A stretch of DNA of 64,000 bases, from contig DASYSM010000134.1 in assembly GCA_036003325.1 (NCBI GenBank), positions 9,164 through 73,163 on the forward strand, given 5' to 3'. Of this stretch, positions 54,895-63,843 are shown piece after piece. The stretch is from Candidatus Limnocylindrales bacterium. Its GTDB lineage: Bacteria > Chloroflexota > Limnocylindria > Limnocylindrales > CSP1-4. The translations under genes and the position numbers were made by a program. Under the pieces are notes generated by a model that searched no databases, was not told the origin of the DNA, and saw only the letters and a program-made list of their open reading frames with translations. The first letter of the stretch is position 1; every line of letters starts with the position of its first letter.

Positions 54895-56067
54895 TCAGGC
54901 CTCGTCGAGGGCCCTCGCCAGATCAGCGACGAGATCGCCCGCGTCCTCGATGCCGACCGACAGGCGAACGAGAGCCGGCGAGACCTCGAGCGGCGAGCCG
55001 GCGACCGACATGTGGGTCATCGCGGCCGGCAGCTCGATGAGCGACTCGACCCCACCGAGCGACTCGGCCAGGGTGAACAGGCGCGTCCCCTCGGCGATGG
55101 CGACGGCCCGGTCCGCGGCGCTCCGACCGTGGCGACCGCCGTCGGCCGGCAGGAAGGAGACCATCCCGCCCATCCCCGGGTAGCGGACCTCCGCGACGTC
55201 CGGCCGGCCGTCGAGGAACCCGGCCACGACGACCGCGTTGGCGCCGTGCCGCGCCATGCGCAGGTGCAGGGTGCGCAGCCCGCGCAGGACGAGGAAGCAG
55301 TCGAGCGGGCCGGGGACGGCGCCCATCGCGTTCTGGAGGAACCGCAGCCGCTCGGCGATCGCGGGATCCGAGGTGACGGCCACGCCGAGCACGGTGTCCG
55401 AATGGCCGGCCAGGTATTTGGTGGCCGAGTGGAACACGACGTCGGCCCCGTCGAGCAACGGCCGCTGGAGGGCCGGCGAGGCGAACGTGTTGTCGACCAC
55501 GACCAGTGGGCGGCGGCCGCCCTCCGCGGCGCGCCGGCCGACAGTCGCGACGGTCGCGGCGATGTCGACGACCTTGAGGTGCGGGTTCGACGGCGTCTCG
55601 AACCAGACCAGCCGGGTCCGCTCGGTCAGTGCCTCCCAGAGTTCGTCCTGGCCACCCGACAGGTCGACATAGCGCGCGTCGACCCCGGCGCCGCGCCGGA
55701 CCCGCTCGAGATACCGATACGTCCCGCCGTAGACGTCGTCGCCCACGACGATCTCGTCGCCCGGCGCCGCGAGCTCGGCGATGGCAGCCGTGGCCGCCGA
55801 GCCCGACGCGAACGCGATGCCGTGGTCGCCGCCCTCGAGGGCAGCCACCCCGCGTTCCAGTCGCTCGCGGGTCGGGTTCTGCGATCGGGCGTATTCGTAG
55901 CCGCGGCGCGGCCGGCCGACACCGTCCTGCGCGAACGTCGAGGTCTGGTAGATCGGCGGCGAGACCGCTCCGGTCAGCTCGTCCGGCTCCGCACCGGCGT
56001 GGACTGCCAGCGTGTCGAAGGCGAACGGCTGGGCCTCGTCGCGGCTCGGGTCGGGCATCGGGGCCAT
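54895..56067 (-). CDS. Cystathionine gamma-lyase/gamma-synthase family PLP enzyme
   Basis: YEYARSQNPT, and PLP-lysine context HSATKYLAGHSD. Start is ATG 56067 or 56058. Confidence 0.88.
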   Translation of the reverse strand: MAPMPDPSRDEAQPFAFDTLAVHAGAEPDELTGAVSPPIYQTSTFAQDGVGRPRRGYEYARSQNPTRERLERGVAALEGGDHGIAFASGSAATAAIAELAAPGDEIVVGDDVYGGTYRYLERVRRGAGVDARYVDLSGGQDELWEALTERTRLVWFETPSNPHLKVVDIAATVATVGRRAAEGGRRPLVVVDNTFASPALQRPLLDGADVVFHSATKYLAGHSDTVLGVAVTSDPAIAERLRFLQNAMGAVPGPLDCFLVLRGLRTLHLRMARHGANAVVVAGFLDGRPDVAEVRYPGMGGMVSFLPADGGRHGRSAADRAVAIAEGTRLFTLAESLGGVESLIELPAAMTHMSVAGSPLEVSPALVRLSVGIEDAGDLVADLARALDEA

Positions 56068-56080
56068 GGTAGCGGGCCGG

Positions 56081-56644
56081 TCACGCCGCGGGCGGCCACC
56101 CGTCGAGGTCGAACACCAGCTCCTCGCCATCGATGTCGTCGATCTGGACGCCGACCTGCCGGAAGCCCAGGCCGCGGATGATCGCCAGCGACCCGACGTT
56201 ATCCGGTGAGACGGACGCCCGAAATCGATCGACGCCCTGGGCGTGGGCCCAGTCGAACAGCGCGCGCACGACCTCCGATGCCACGCCCTGGCGGCGGTAC
56301 TCGGGCTGGACCTTGTAGCCGACCTCGACCCGACCGTCCGGGCCGGGCGGGGCGTGGAACCCGCACGAGCCGATCGACCGGCGCGTGCCGCCGGCCTCCG
56401 TCAGGACGATCGCCCGGCCGAGCCACGGCTGGGCGGATGGGTCCTCGGTCAGGTCCGCGATGCGGTACCGGAGGAAGTTGTCGAGGTCGTCCGGAAAGCT
56501 CTCCGGGACGATGGCGCCGATCTCGGCCTCTGCCGCCGCGAGATCGCGCGCCACGAGGTGGCGCATGAAGCTCAGCGACATCGACACCAGCTCGAAGCGC
56601 GGCGTGGGGATGGGGGCGACCGACTCGACCGACTGGGCGACCAT
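56081..56644 (-). CDS. GNAT-family N-acetyltransferase
   Basis: Acetyl-CoA motif A region YRRQGVASEVVRALFDWA. ATG 56644. Confidence 0.78.
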   Translation of the reverse strand: MVAQSVESVAPIPTPRFELVSMSLSFMRHLVARDLAAAEAEIGAIVPESFPDDLDNFLRYRIADLTEDPSAQPWLGRAIVLTEAGGTRRSIGSCGFHAPPGPDGRVEVGYKVQPEYRRQGVASEVVRALFDWAHAQGVDRFRASVSPDNVGSLAIIRGLGFRQVGVQIDDIDGEELVFDLDGWPPAA

Positions 56645-56691
56645 CTGCGCATCTTCGCATCCGGACGGGGGGTCGGTCGCCGCCGCGGACA

Positions 56692-56718
56692 CCCGGTCCC
56701 GGCGCCCCGGTCCCGGCG
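56692..56718. repeat. Tandem duplication of cccggtcccggcg (13 bp, 14-bp period)
   Basis: Exact copies at 56692-56704 and 56706-56718, in the spacer between the CBS stop and the GNAT start. Confidence 0.85.
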
Positions 56719-56732
56719 ACTCCTGCGTCGCC

Positions 56733-58169
56733 TCAGCCCCGCCCGTTCGGCCGGTGGGTCAGGTACTCGAGCACGTCGAGCTTGGTCACGACACCGACCG
56801 GACGCCCGCCACGCGTCGCGATCACCGCCGATGCGTCGCCCGCGGTCAGCAGGCTGAAGGCGTCGTCGAGGCTGTCGGCCAGATCGACCAGCGGCAACGG
56901 TCGGTCCATCACCTCGCCGACGGTCCGGTCGACCGTCGACGGGTCGCGGAAGGCGCGATCGAGCAGCCCTTTCTCGGTGATCGAGCCGACGATGCCTTCG
57001 ACCGCGTCTCCCTCCGGATGCTCGGACACCGGGAGCTGGCTGATCCCGAACTCCTGGAGGATCTCGATCGCCTCGCCCACGCGCTGGGTCGTCCGCGCCA
57101 TGACCAGGTCGGGCCGCGGCCCGATGTGATGCCGATCGTCGAGCAGGTCGCCGACCCGGACGATCGCCCCGGTCGTCGCCAGCAGCCCGTTCACCCGCAT
57201 CCACTCGTCGTTATAGACCTTTGACAGATAGTTCCGGCCGCTGTCGGGCAGGAGCACGACGACCACCGCTGCCGCCCCGCCCTCGGATTGCGTCAGCTCG
57301 CGGACGACCTCGCGGGCCGCCACCATCGCGGTGCCGCACGAGCCACCGGACAGGATGCCCTCCTCGCGCGTCAGCCGACGGGCCATCGCGAACGCGTCAC
57401 GATCGCTCACCCGGACCCAGCGGTCGACCGCCGTCGGGTCGTAGGTCCCCGGCAGGAAGTCTTCGCCGACACCCTCGGTCAGGTACGGGCGCGCCACGTC
57501 GCCGGAGAGCACGCTGCCCTCGGGGTCCGCGCCGATCACCTGGATCGACGGGTCGTGCGCCTTCAACGCCCGGGCGGCGCCGCTGATCGTGCCGCCGGTG
57601 CCGACGCTCGCGACGAAGTGGGTGATCCGTCCATCGGTCTGCTCGAGCAGCTCCGGACCGGTCGTCCGTTCGTGGGCTGCCGGGTTCTCCGGGTTCCAGT
57701 ACTGGTCCGGCTTGAACGCACCCGGGATGTCGCGCGCCAGCCGCGCCGCCACCGAGTAATAGCTCTCCGGTGACTCGGGTGGCACGTTCGTCGGGCACAG
57801 GACGACCTCGGCGCCGTACGCCCGAAGCAGCTGCTGCTTCTCGGCCGACTGCTTGTCGGCCATCACGAAGATGCAGCGATAGCCCTTCAGGGCCGCGGCG
57901 ATCGCCAGCCCGTGCCCGGTGTTGCCCGACGTCGGCTCGATGATGGTGCCGCCCGGCCGAAGAAGCCCGGAGCGTTCAGCCGCCTCGATCATCGGCAGGC
58001 CGATGCGGTCCTTGACCGAGCCGCCCGGATTGAGCATCTCGAGCTTGGCCAGCAGCAGGGGCTGCCGCTCGGCGGGTCCGAGGTCGCGGGTCAACCGGCT
58101 GATCCGAACGAGCGGTGTGCCGCCGACCAGGTCGAGGATCGACTCCGCGTAGTGCATCGGCCGGAGCAT
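56733..58169 (-). CDS. Cystathionine beta-synthase (PLP domain plus C-terminal CBS pair)
   Basis: NPGGSVKDRIG PLP-lysine motif, TSGNTG, and a C-terminal Bateman module. Alternative ATG at 58157. Confidence 0.9.
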   Translation of the reverse strand: MLRPMHYAESILDLVGGTPLVRISRLTRDLGPAERQPLLLAKLEMLNPGGSVKDRIGLPMIEAAERSGLLRPGGTIIEPTSGNTGHGLAIAAALKGYRCIFVMADKQSAEKQQLLRAYGAEVVLCPTNVPPESPESYYSVAARLARDIPGAFKPDQYWNPENPAAHERTTGPELLEQTDGRITHFVASVGTGGTISGAARALKAHDPSIQVIGADPEGSVLSGDVARPYLTEGVGEDFLPGTYDPTAVDRWVRVSDRDAFAMARRLTREEGILSGGSCGTAMVAAREVVRELTQSEGGAAAVVVVLLPDSGRNYLSKVYNDEWMRVNGLLATTGAIVRVGDLLDDRHHIGPRPDLVMARTTQRVGEAIEILQEFGISQLPVSEHPEGDAVEGIVGSITEKGLLDRAFRDPSTVDRTVGEVMDRPLPLVDLADSLDDAFSLLTAGDASAVIATRGGRPVGVVTKLDVLEYLTHRPNGRG

Positions 58170-58197
58170 AGCGTGCGCCGGGAGCCCCGGCCCGCGC

Positions 58198-59085
58198 TCA
58201 GCCGTCGCGGTCGAGCCGGCCCGGACCCAGCAACAGGAAGGTCAGGCGCCGCCGCAGCCGACGGGGGCGACCGGCCGGGTCGACCGTCCAGGGATGGAGC
58301 GCCTCGACCGCGGGGCCGAGGACGTCGGCCAGCGCGTCGCTCATCCGCCGCGCGAGCGCAAGCTCGGCCCGCGACCCCTCGGGCGGGAAGGCCGCCCCCG
58401 GCTCGAGGCCGGCCAGTGCACGAGCCGAGGTCGGGGGCAGGACCCGCGAGGCGAGCCGACGGCCGAGATAGAGCTCCTCGGTCCCGGCGATGGCGAGCGG
58501 CACGATCGGAGCGTCGATGCGCATCGCGATGACCGCCCACCCGGTGCGGAACGCGCCGATCCGCCCCGGAGGGCCACTCACCGTCCCTTCCGGCATCTGG
58601 GCGAACACCGCACCGTTGGCGATCACGGCTCGGGCGGCGGCGACATGGTTGTCGATCCCGACCCCGCCGCGCCAGACCGGCAGCAGGCCACCGAGCCGAT
58701 GGATGAGTCGCTCCCGCCAGGGCGTCGTGAAGGTCGATGGCCCGCTCCCGAGGAACCACGTGCGCGGCTCGGCCGGTAGCGCGTGCATCACCACGAATGG
58801 ATCCATCCAGCCGCGATGGGCGGCCGCCACGAGCAGGTATCCCCCGGGCGGCAGATGCTCCTGGCCCGCGGTCCTGATGCGGAACCGGAAGACCACGAAG
58901 ATGACGAACCGGGCGACCCACCGCAGCAGCCGGTAGAGATTCGACGCCCTGGCCTCGGGCGGCCGACCGAGCCAGGCCAGGCCCTCGGCCGCGCCGCCGC
59001 GCTGGAGGGCCAGCGCCTCCGGCGAGACCCGGCCCGGTGGCGGCCGACGCCGGCCCGGCGACGGACCAGGTTCCCCGTCCGTCAC
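58198..59085 (-). CDS. plsC: 1-acyl-sn-glycerol-3-phosphate (lysophospholipid) acyltransferase
   Basis: HX4D motif AAHRGWMDPF and a PEGT motif. GTG 59085 lies 1 nt after the lgt stop (inferred). Confidence 0.8.
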   Translation of the reverse strand: MTDGEPGPSPGRRRPPPGRVSPEALALQRGGAAEGLAWLGRPPEARASNLYRLLRWVARFVIFVVFRFRIRTAGQEHLPPGGYLLVAAAHRGWMDPFVVMHALPAEPRTWFLGSGPSTFTTPWRERLIHRLGGLLPVWRGGVGIDNHVAAARAVIANGAVFAQMPEGTVSGPPGRIGAFRTGWAVIAMRIDAPIVPLAIAGTEELYLGRRLASRVLPPTSARALAGLEPGAAFPPEGSRAELALARRMSDALADVLGPAVEALHPWTVDPAGRPRRLRRRLTFLLLGPGRLDRDG

Positions 59086-59086
59086 G

Positions 59087-60283
59087 TCAGAGCGAAGGCT
59101 CCTCTGGCCGGGTCTCAGGGCCGCTCGGTGGGACGTCGACTCCGGGCTGGATCGCCGGCGCCGACCCGGCATCCTCGACACCCTCGCCGTCTCCGTCGCC
59201 GTCGCCGGCGCCTTCCTCCCCGGCGCCGGCTGCGGTCTCCGCCTCGTCCCCGTCCTCGTGCTCGTCTTCGTCTTCGTCGTCTTGATCGTCTTCGTCGTCT
59301 TCGTCGTCTTCGTCGTCTTCGTCGTCGAAATCGTCGTCGTCCTCGTCGTCCTCGTCGTCCTCGTCAGCGAGCTCGGCCTGCCGGTCGAGGGCTTCGTTCT
59401 CCTCGATCGTCAACGGCCGCCCGATGGCACCCCAGGTCGCCAGCCTCGGACGAGTCGCGGGCGCGTCGAGCGGATGACCCGGCCGGTGCCGCACGGCCAG
59501 CACGATCAGCGAGGGGATGACGATCACGGCCGAGACGATCATCGCCACCGGCACCCCGAAGAACGTCCAGTTGTCGGCGCGAAGCGTCTCGAGGAAGAAG
59601 CGCACGATGCCGTACCAGACGAAGAAGACGAGGATCAGGTCGCCGGTGCGCAGCCGCTTGCGGAGGTGGAACCCGATCCAGATCAGGGTCAGCGCTCCGA
59701 GCGCCCCCGAGATCGATTCGTACAGGAACAGCGGGTGGAAGAACTGGCCGAGCGTATCGGTCGGTGCCGAACCGGGCGGACAGGCATAGGCCGCCACGCG
59801 GTGGGCGCAGTCGATCGGGATCCCCCACGGCAGTGTCGTCGGCGGGCCGTACAGCTCCTGGTTGAAGAAGTTGCCCCAGCGGGCGATGGCCTCCATCGTG
59901 AACAGCGCCGGCGCCACGATGTCGGCCCAGCGCAGGAAGTCCTGGCGCTTGGCCCGCACGTACAGGAATGCCGCGATGGTCCCGAACAGGATCCCGCCGT
60001 ACACGCCCAGGCCCGAGTAGGGCGGCAGGAAGATCTTGATCGGATCGTCCTGGTAGAGCGCCCACTGGTCGATGACGTGATACAGCCGACCGCCGATGAG
60101 CGCCGCGATCGCGACGATGATCATCCCGTTGCCGACGAGCTCCGGGTCCTCCCCGGCCCGCCGGGCCAGCCAGACGATGACGAAGTACGCGGCCGCCAGG
60201 CCGATGGCGTAGCCGATCCCGTACCAGTAGACAGGGATCGGGCCGAGCTGGATCGCGATCGGGTCAGGAGTGAAGTCGAACAT
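59087..60283 (-). CDS. lgt: Prolipoprotein diacylglyceryl transferase with about 130-aa C-terminal extension containing a poly-Asp/Glu tract
   Basis: YGIGYAIG, ARWGNFFNQELYG and HPLFLYES Lgt motifs. Tail is ADEDDEDDEDDDDFDDEDDEDDEDDEDDQDDEDEDEHEDGDE. Confidence 0.9.
   Translation of the reverse strand: MFDFTPDPIAIQLGPIPVYWYGIGYAIGLAAAYFVIVWLARRAGEDPELVGNGMIIVAIAALIGGRLYHVIDQWALYQDDPIKIFLPPYSGLGVYGGILFGTIAAFLYVRAKRQDFLRWADIVAPALFTMEAIARWGNFFNQELYGPPTTLPWGIPIDCAHRVAAYACPPGSAPTDTLGQFFHPLFLYESISGALGALTLIWIGFHLRKRLRTGDLILVFFVWYGIVRFFLETLRADNWTFFGVPVAMIVSAVIVIPSLIVLAVRHRPGHPLDAPATRPRLATWGAIGRPLTIEENEALDRQAELADEDDEDDEDDDDFDDEDDEDDEDDEDDQDDEDEDEHEDGDEAETAAGAGEEGAGDGDGDGEGVEDAGSAPAIQPGVDVPPSGPETRPEEPSL
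59243..59366. repeat. Codon-level microsatellite (gtcttcgtc and gtcgtcctc units) encoding the acidic tail of Lgt
   Basis: Read directly: repeated gtcttcgtc units around 59285-59330 and gtcgtcctc units around 59335-59363. Confidence 0.85.
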
Positions 60284-60324
60284 CCGCGGAAGTGTAACGG
60301 CGCAGCTCCCTATACTTCCCGCGG

Positions 60325-60645
60325 GTGAATGCCGAGTTCAACGTGTGGCTGCTCATCGTCGGGCTCGTCCTTGGAGCCGGGCTGGTCTGGCTCGTGCTGA
60401 TGGACTCGCGCCGGCGCGAAGCCGAGATCGACGAGGTGGAGCGCCCGCGTGAGGCGGCCTGGCTCTCGTCGACGCTGCGCGAGGATGGCTTCGAGGTGAG
60501 CCCCGAGGCAGCCGATCGCCTCCTGCTCCTCCATCGGGCGTATCTCGATGCACCACCGCCCGACGAGGAACCCACGGTCATCGCCGAGCCTGCCGCCACC
60601 ACGACGGAGGAGCAGACGCCACCCGCGACCGCCCGCGAGCCCTAA
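60325..60645 (+). CDS. Small single-TM protein (hypothetical)
   Basis: N-terminal TM helix VWLLIVGLVLGAGLVWLVL followed by an acidic/proline-rich tail. Divergent from lgt. Confidence 0.5.
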   Translation: MNAEFNVWLLIVGLVLGAGLVWLVLMDSRRREAEIDEVERPREAAWLSSTLREDGFEVSPEAADRLLLLHRAYLDAPPPDEEPTVIAEPAATTTEEQTPPATAREP

Positions 60646-60652
60646 CGGTCGA

Positions 60653-61531
60653 TCAGAGCGAACCGATCATGACCGGCTCGGCCGAGACCGGTTTCCCGTC
60701 GGCACCGAGCAGCGACAACCCGAAGGTGGCCCCACTCGACAGCCCGGAGACGGCCTCCGTCTCGCCCGCCCAGTAGGCCAGGTCCTTGCTGAAGAACATC
60801 TTCCCGATGCGCTGGCGGGTCCCGCCGGTTTCCACCCAGCAGCCGTATTCGTAGCCGGCCGGCGGCGGCGTCAGGCCGCTGGCGAGCCAGACGAGCTCGG
60901 TCGTCGACGGGGAGAAGGCGAGGCTGCCGGCGGCGGTCGGGTCCGACACGCCGGTCAGAGTCACATGTTCCCCGTCCGGCTGGGCGCTGACCGCCAGGGC
61001 TGTGGTGCTCACCTCTTCGAGGGCGTCGATCGTCTGTTCCTGGGCCGCGATCTGCGTGTCGGTGCGGTTGCCGACGATCAGCGCGGTCCCGGCGATCGAC
61101 AGGAGGACCGCCGCGGCGATCGTGGCGACCCAGCCCATGGCGGGAACGAGTCGTCGACGCCGGTCGATGGGCGTCGGCGGGGCGAGGGGTGCCGACAGGG
61201 GGCTCGTCTCGACAGGGATCGCCGGCGTCGTCGAGGGGCCGCTGGCAGCGGCCCCGGCGGTCGCCGCCGTCAGCGGGCGGATGACGCCCTCGGAACGGAT
61301 CGCGGCGAGCGTCCTGGCCTTCAGGTCGGGCGAGGGCATCTCGCGCACCGCCGCGCCGATGAGTGGCGCAACGCGCTGGAGGCGGGCGAGCTCATCCGCG
61401 CACGCCGGGCAGCCCGCGACATGGGCCGCGACCGCCTGGGCCGTCGCCGTGTCGCCGGCCATCAGCCGGTCGAGCCCACCGGGCTCGACGGCCGCCAGCT
61501 CCAGCTGCTCGCGGGTCTCGTCGTGATCCAT
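60653..61531 (-). CDS. Anti-sigma factor (zf-HC2 N-terminus, single TM, RskA-like extracytoplasmic domain)
   Basis: HVAGCPACADEL zinc-finger motif, a central TM (WVATIAAAVLLSIAGTALIV), and a C-terminal RskA-like domain (YEYGCWVE). Confidence 0.82.
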   Translation of the reverse strand: MDHDETREQLELAAVEPGGLDRLMAGDTATAQAVAAHVAGCPACADELARLQRVAPLIGAAVREMPSPDLKARTLAAIRSEGVIRPLTAATAGAAASGPSTTPAIPVETSPLSAPLAPPTPIDRRRRLVPAMGWVATIAAAVLLSIAGTALIVGNRTDTQIAAQEQTIDALEEVSTTALAVSAQPDGEHVTLTGVSDPTAAGSLAFSPSTTELVWLASGLTPPPAGYEYGCWVETGGTRQRIGKMFFSKDLAYWAGETEAVSGLSSGATFGLSLLGADGKPVSAEPVMIGSL

Positions 61532-61539
61532 CGTCGTCC

Positions 61540-62214
61540 TTATCGTTCTTCGCCGGCCGGGACCGGTACGTCATCCGGTGGGCTCGCCGGCCCGAGCTCC
61601 CCGCCAAGGGCCTCGCGCATCCGCAGGAGCGCCCGCCGGGTCCGGGTCTTGACCGTGCCGAGCGGCCAGCCCAGACGATCGGCGATCTCGGCCTGCGACA
61701 GCTCCTCCTGGTAGGCCAGGAGGATGACGATCCGTTCCACCTCCGGGAGCTCCGCCAGCGTCGTCCGGATGGCCTCGCGCCGGCCTTCTGCGGCGAAGGC
61801 ATCCTCCGGGCTGGCCGGCGCCTGCGCCCCGGCGATGACCTGCCCTCCCGACACGAGACGCTCGAGCGCCTGGGTCGGGTCCTCGTCCGACGCCGCCGCG
61901 GACGACAGAGCGACCAACGACGGCCGCCGGCCGGCCGCGCGCAGCCGATCGATCGCCCGGTTGCGGGCGATCGTGTGCAGCCACGCGGCGAGCGAGCCCG
62001 CGTGCTCGTCGTAGGACTCCGCCCTGTTCCACAAGGCGAGGAATGTCTCTTGCACGACCTCCTCGGCCGTCCCTCGATCCGATGTCAGCCGGTACGCCGC
62101 TGCGAAGATCGCCGGTCCGTATCGGTCATAGATGATCTCGAGAGCCGCCTCGGAGCCCGCGGCCATCCGTCGGACGACCTCGGCGTCGTCGGTCGGACCC
62201 CCTCGACCATTCAT
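61540..62214 (-). CDS. ECF sigma factor (SigK/ECF19-like)
   Basis: Region 2 AAWLHTIARNRAIDRLR and region 4 LSQAEIADRLGWPLGTVKTRTRRAL. Immediately upstream of the anti-sigma gene. Confidence 0.88.
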   Translation of the reverse strand: MNGRGGPTDDAEVVRRMAAGSEAALEIIYDRYGPAIFAAAYRLTSDRGTAEEVVQETFLALWNRAESYDEHAGSLAAWLHTIARNRAIDRLRAAGRRPSLVALSSAAASDEDPTQALERLVSGGQVIAGAQAPASPEDAFAAEGRREAIRTTLAELPEVERIVILLAYQEELSQAEIADRLGWPLGTVKTRTRRALLRMREALGGELGPASPPDDVPVPAGEER

Positions 62215-62300
62215 GCCCCGATACGTCCCGTGGCGCTCATCGGTTTTGCAGGCCCCTCCCGGCAGGCCGCTAGCCTACCCTGAGAGCCCGCCGACCGCGA

Positions 62301-62615
62301 TCACCACGACCCCGCCGGGCGGTGGCGGATGGCAGCCAGCCCGCCGGCCGGGAGATGTGCCTCGAGACACGTCACGCCGGCCGGCCCCACCAGGGCGTCG
62401 TGACTGGTCCGGGCCGGGAGCTCGAGGCGGTCGCCCGGGTCGAGATCGATGGTCCGGCCGGCCGCCGGCAACCCGAACCGGATCGACCCGCGCTCGACGA
62501 CGATGACCTTGTCGTAGGAGTGGTCGTGGGCGGCGTACAGGTCGCCGGGCCCGTTCGACCAGGCCGATGGGTCGAGGCCCTCGGCCCGGAGCCGGCGATC
62601 GACGTCGTCGCGCAT
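62301..62615 (-). CDS. Cupin-domain protein
   Basis: 104 aa. Beta-rich, with HDHSYDKVIVVERGSI and LPARTSHDA (cupin His motifs). Confidence 0.65.
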   Translation of the reverse strand: MRDDVDRRLRAEGLDPSAWSNGPGDLYAAHDHSYDKVIVVERGSIRFGLPAAGRTIDLDPGDRLELPARTSHDALVGPAGVTCLEAHLPAGGLAAIRHRPAGSW

Positions 62616-62622
62616 GCCAGGC

Positions 62623-63819
62623 TCAGGCGGCGGTGACGCCGATGAGCGAGCCGATGAGGTAGGTCACGACGGCCGCGGCGAGGCCGATCCCGAGCTGGCG
62701 GACGCCGGAGAAGAGCATCCCGCGGCCGGTCAGCAGGCTGACCGCGGCGCCGACGGCGAACAACGCGACGAGGCTCAGCCCGAGGCTGACCAACAGGGCC
62801 GCGGTCCCACCACCGACCAGGTACGGGATGACCGGGATCGAGGCTCCGATGGCGAACGCCACGAACGATCCGGCGGCCGCCCCCCACGGGGATCCAAGCT
62901 CGTCGGGGTCGAGGCCCAGCTCCTCGCGGACCAGCGTGTCGAGGGCGAGTTCGGGGTCCGCGATGATGCGGTGCGCGATGCGCGCGGCCTCCTCGGCGGT
63001 GAACCCCTTGGCCCGGTACGTGGTGGCCAGCTCGGCCTCCTCCTCCTCGGGCATCGCCTCCAGCTCCGCTCGTTCGAGCGCGATCTGCCGCTCGAACAGC
63101 TCGCGCTGGCTCTGCATCGAGATGTATTCGCCAGCAGCCATGCTGAACGCACCCGCGAGAAGCCCGGCGATGCCGGCGAGGAGGATGAAGCTGGGATTGC
63201 CCGACGCGGCGCCGGCGACGCCCATCACCAGCGACAGGTTGCTGACCAGGCCGTCGCTCACGCCGAAGATGACCGCCCGCAGCGTCCCGGACCGGCCGCC
63301 GGCTCGATGCCACGTCTCGCGGCGCCCGACCTCGGCGGCGCTCCGCGCGCGACGCGCGATGGCGACCCCATCGCGGGACGGGTCGCCGATCTCGGTCGAG
63401 CCCTCGCCGGCCGTCAGCCGGTCCCAGATGATCGCGTGCTCACGCTCGTCGGCGGCGATCGCCGCGACCTCGGGCGAGTCCTGGGCGTCGTAGGTCGCCT
63501 CCTCGTCGCCCTCGAGCGCCTTGACCAGCTCGGAGACCGCGGACGTGCCCAGCAGCCGAGCCGCGAGGATGATGAACCGCACGCGCAGTCGCGGTCGGCC
63601 CATCGGCGGGACGTCCGCACCGAGCTCGCGCAGCTTGCCCGCCCAGATGTCGGCATGCCGGCGTTCGTTCCCGGCGATGCGCTCGAACGCGTCGGCGCGC
63701 CGCGGGTCCTGCTCCATCCCGGCGAGGGCGTCGTACAGGACGATCGCGTCACGTTCCAGCTTGAGGTTGTCGAGCGACTGCTCGACGTCGATCGGGGGCA
63801 CCATCGCATCGTAGGGCAT
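62623..63819 (-). CDS. VIT1/CCC1-family iron/manganese transporter with N-terminal ferritin-like (rubrerythrin-type) domain
   Basis: N-terminal ERDAIVLYDAL...ERRHADIW...EREHAIIW (paired ExxH di-iron motifs). C-terminal GVSDGLVSNLSLVMGVAG and a TM bundle. Confidence 0.85.
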   Translation of the reverse strand: MPYDAMVPPIDVEQSLDNLKLERDAIVLYDALAGMEQDPRRADAFERIAGNERRHADIWAGKLRELGADVPPMGRPRLRVRFIILAARLLGTSAVSELVKALEGDEEATYDAQDSPEVAAIAADEREHAIIWDRLTAGEGSTEIGDPSRDGVAIARRARSAAEVGRRETWHRAGGRSGTLRAVIFGVSDGLVSNLSLVMGVAGAASGNPSFILLAGIAGLLAGAFSMAAGEYISMQSQRELFERQIALERAELEAMPEEEEAELATTYRAKGFTAEEAARIAHRIIADPELALDTLVREELGLDPDELGSPWGAAAGSFVAFAIGASIPVIPYLVGGGTAALLVSLGLSLVALFAVGAAVSLLTGRGMLFSGVRQLGIGLAAAVVTYLIGSLIGVTAA

Positions 63820-63843
63820 CGACGCCGCGTAGACTCCGAGGTC

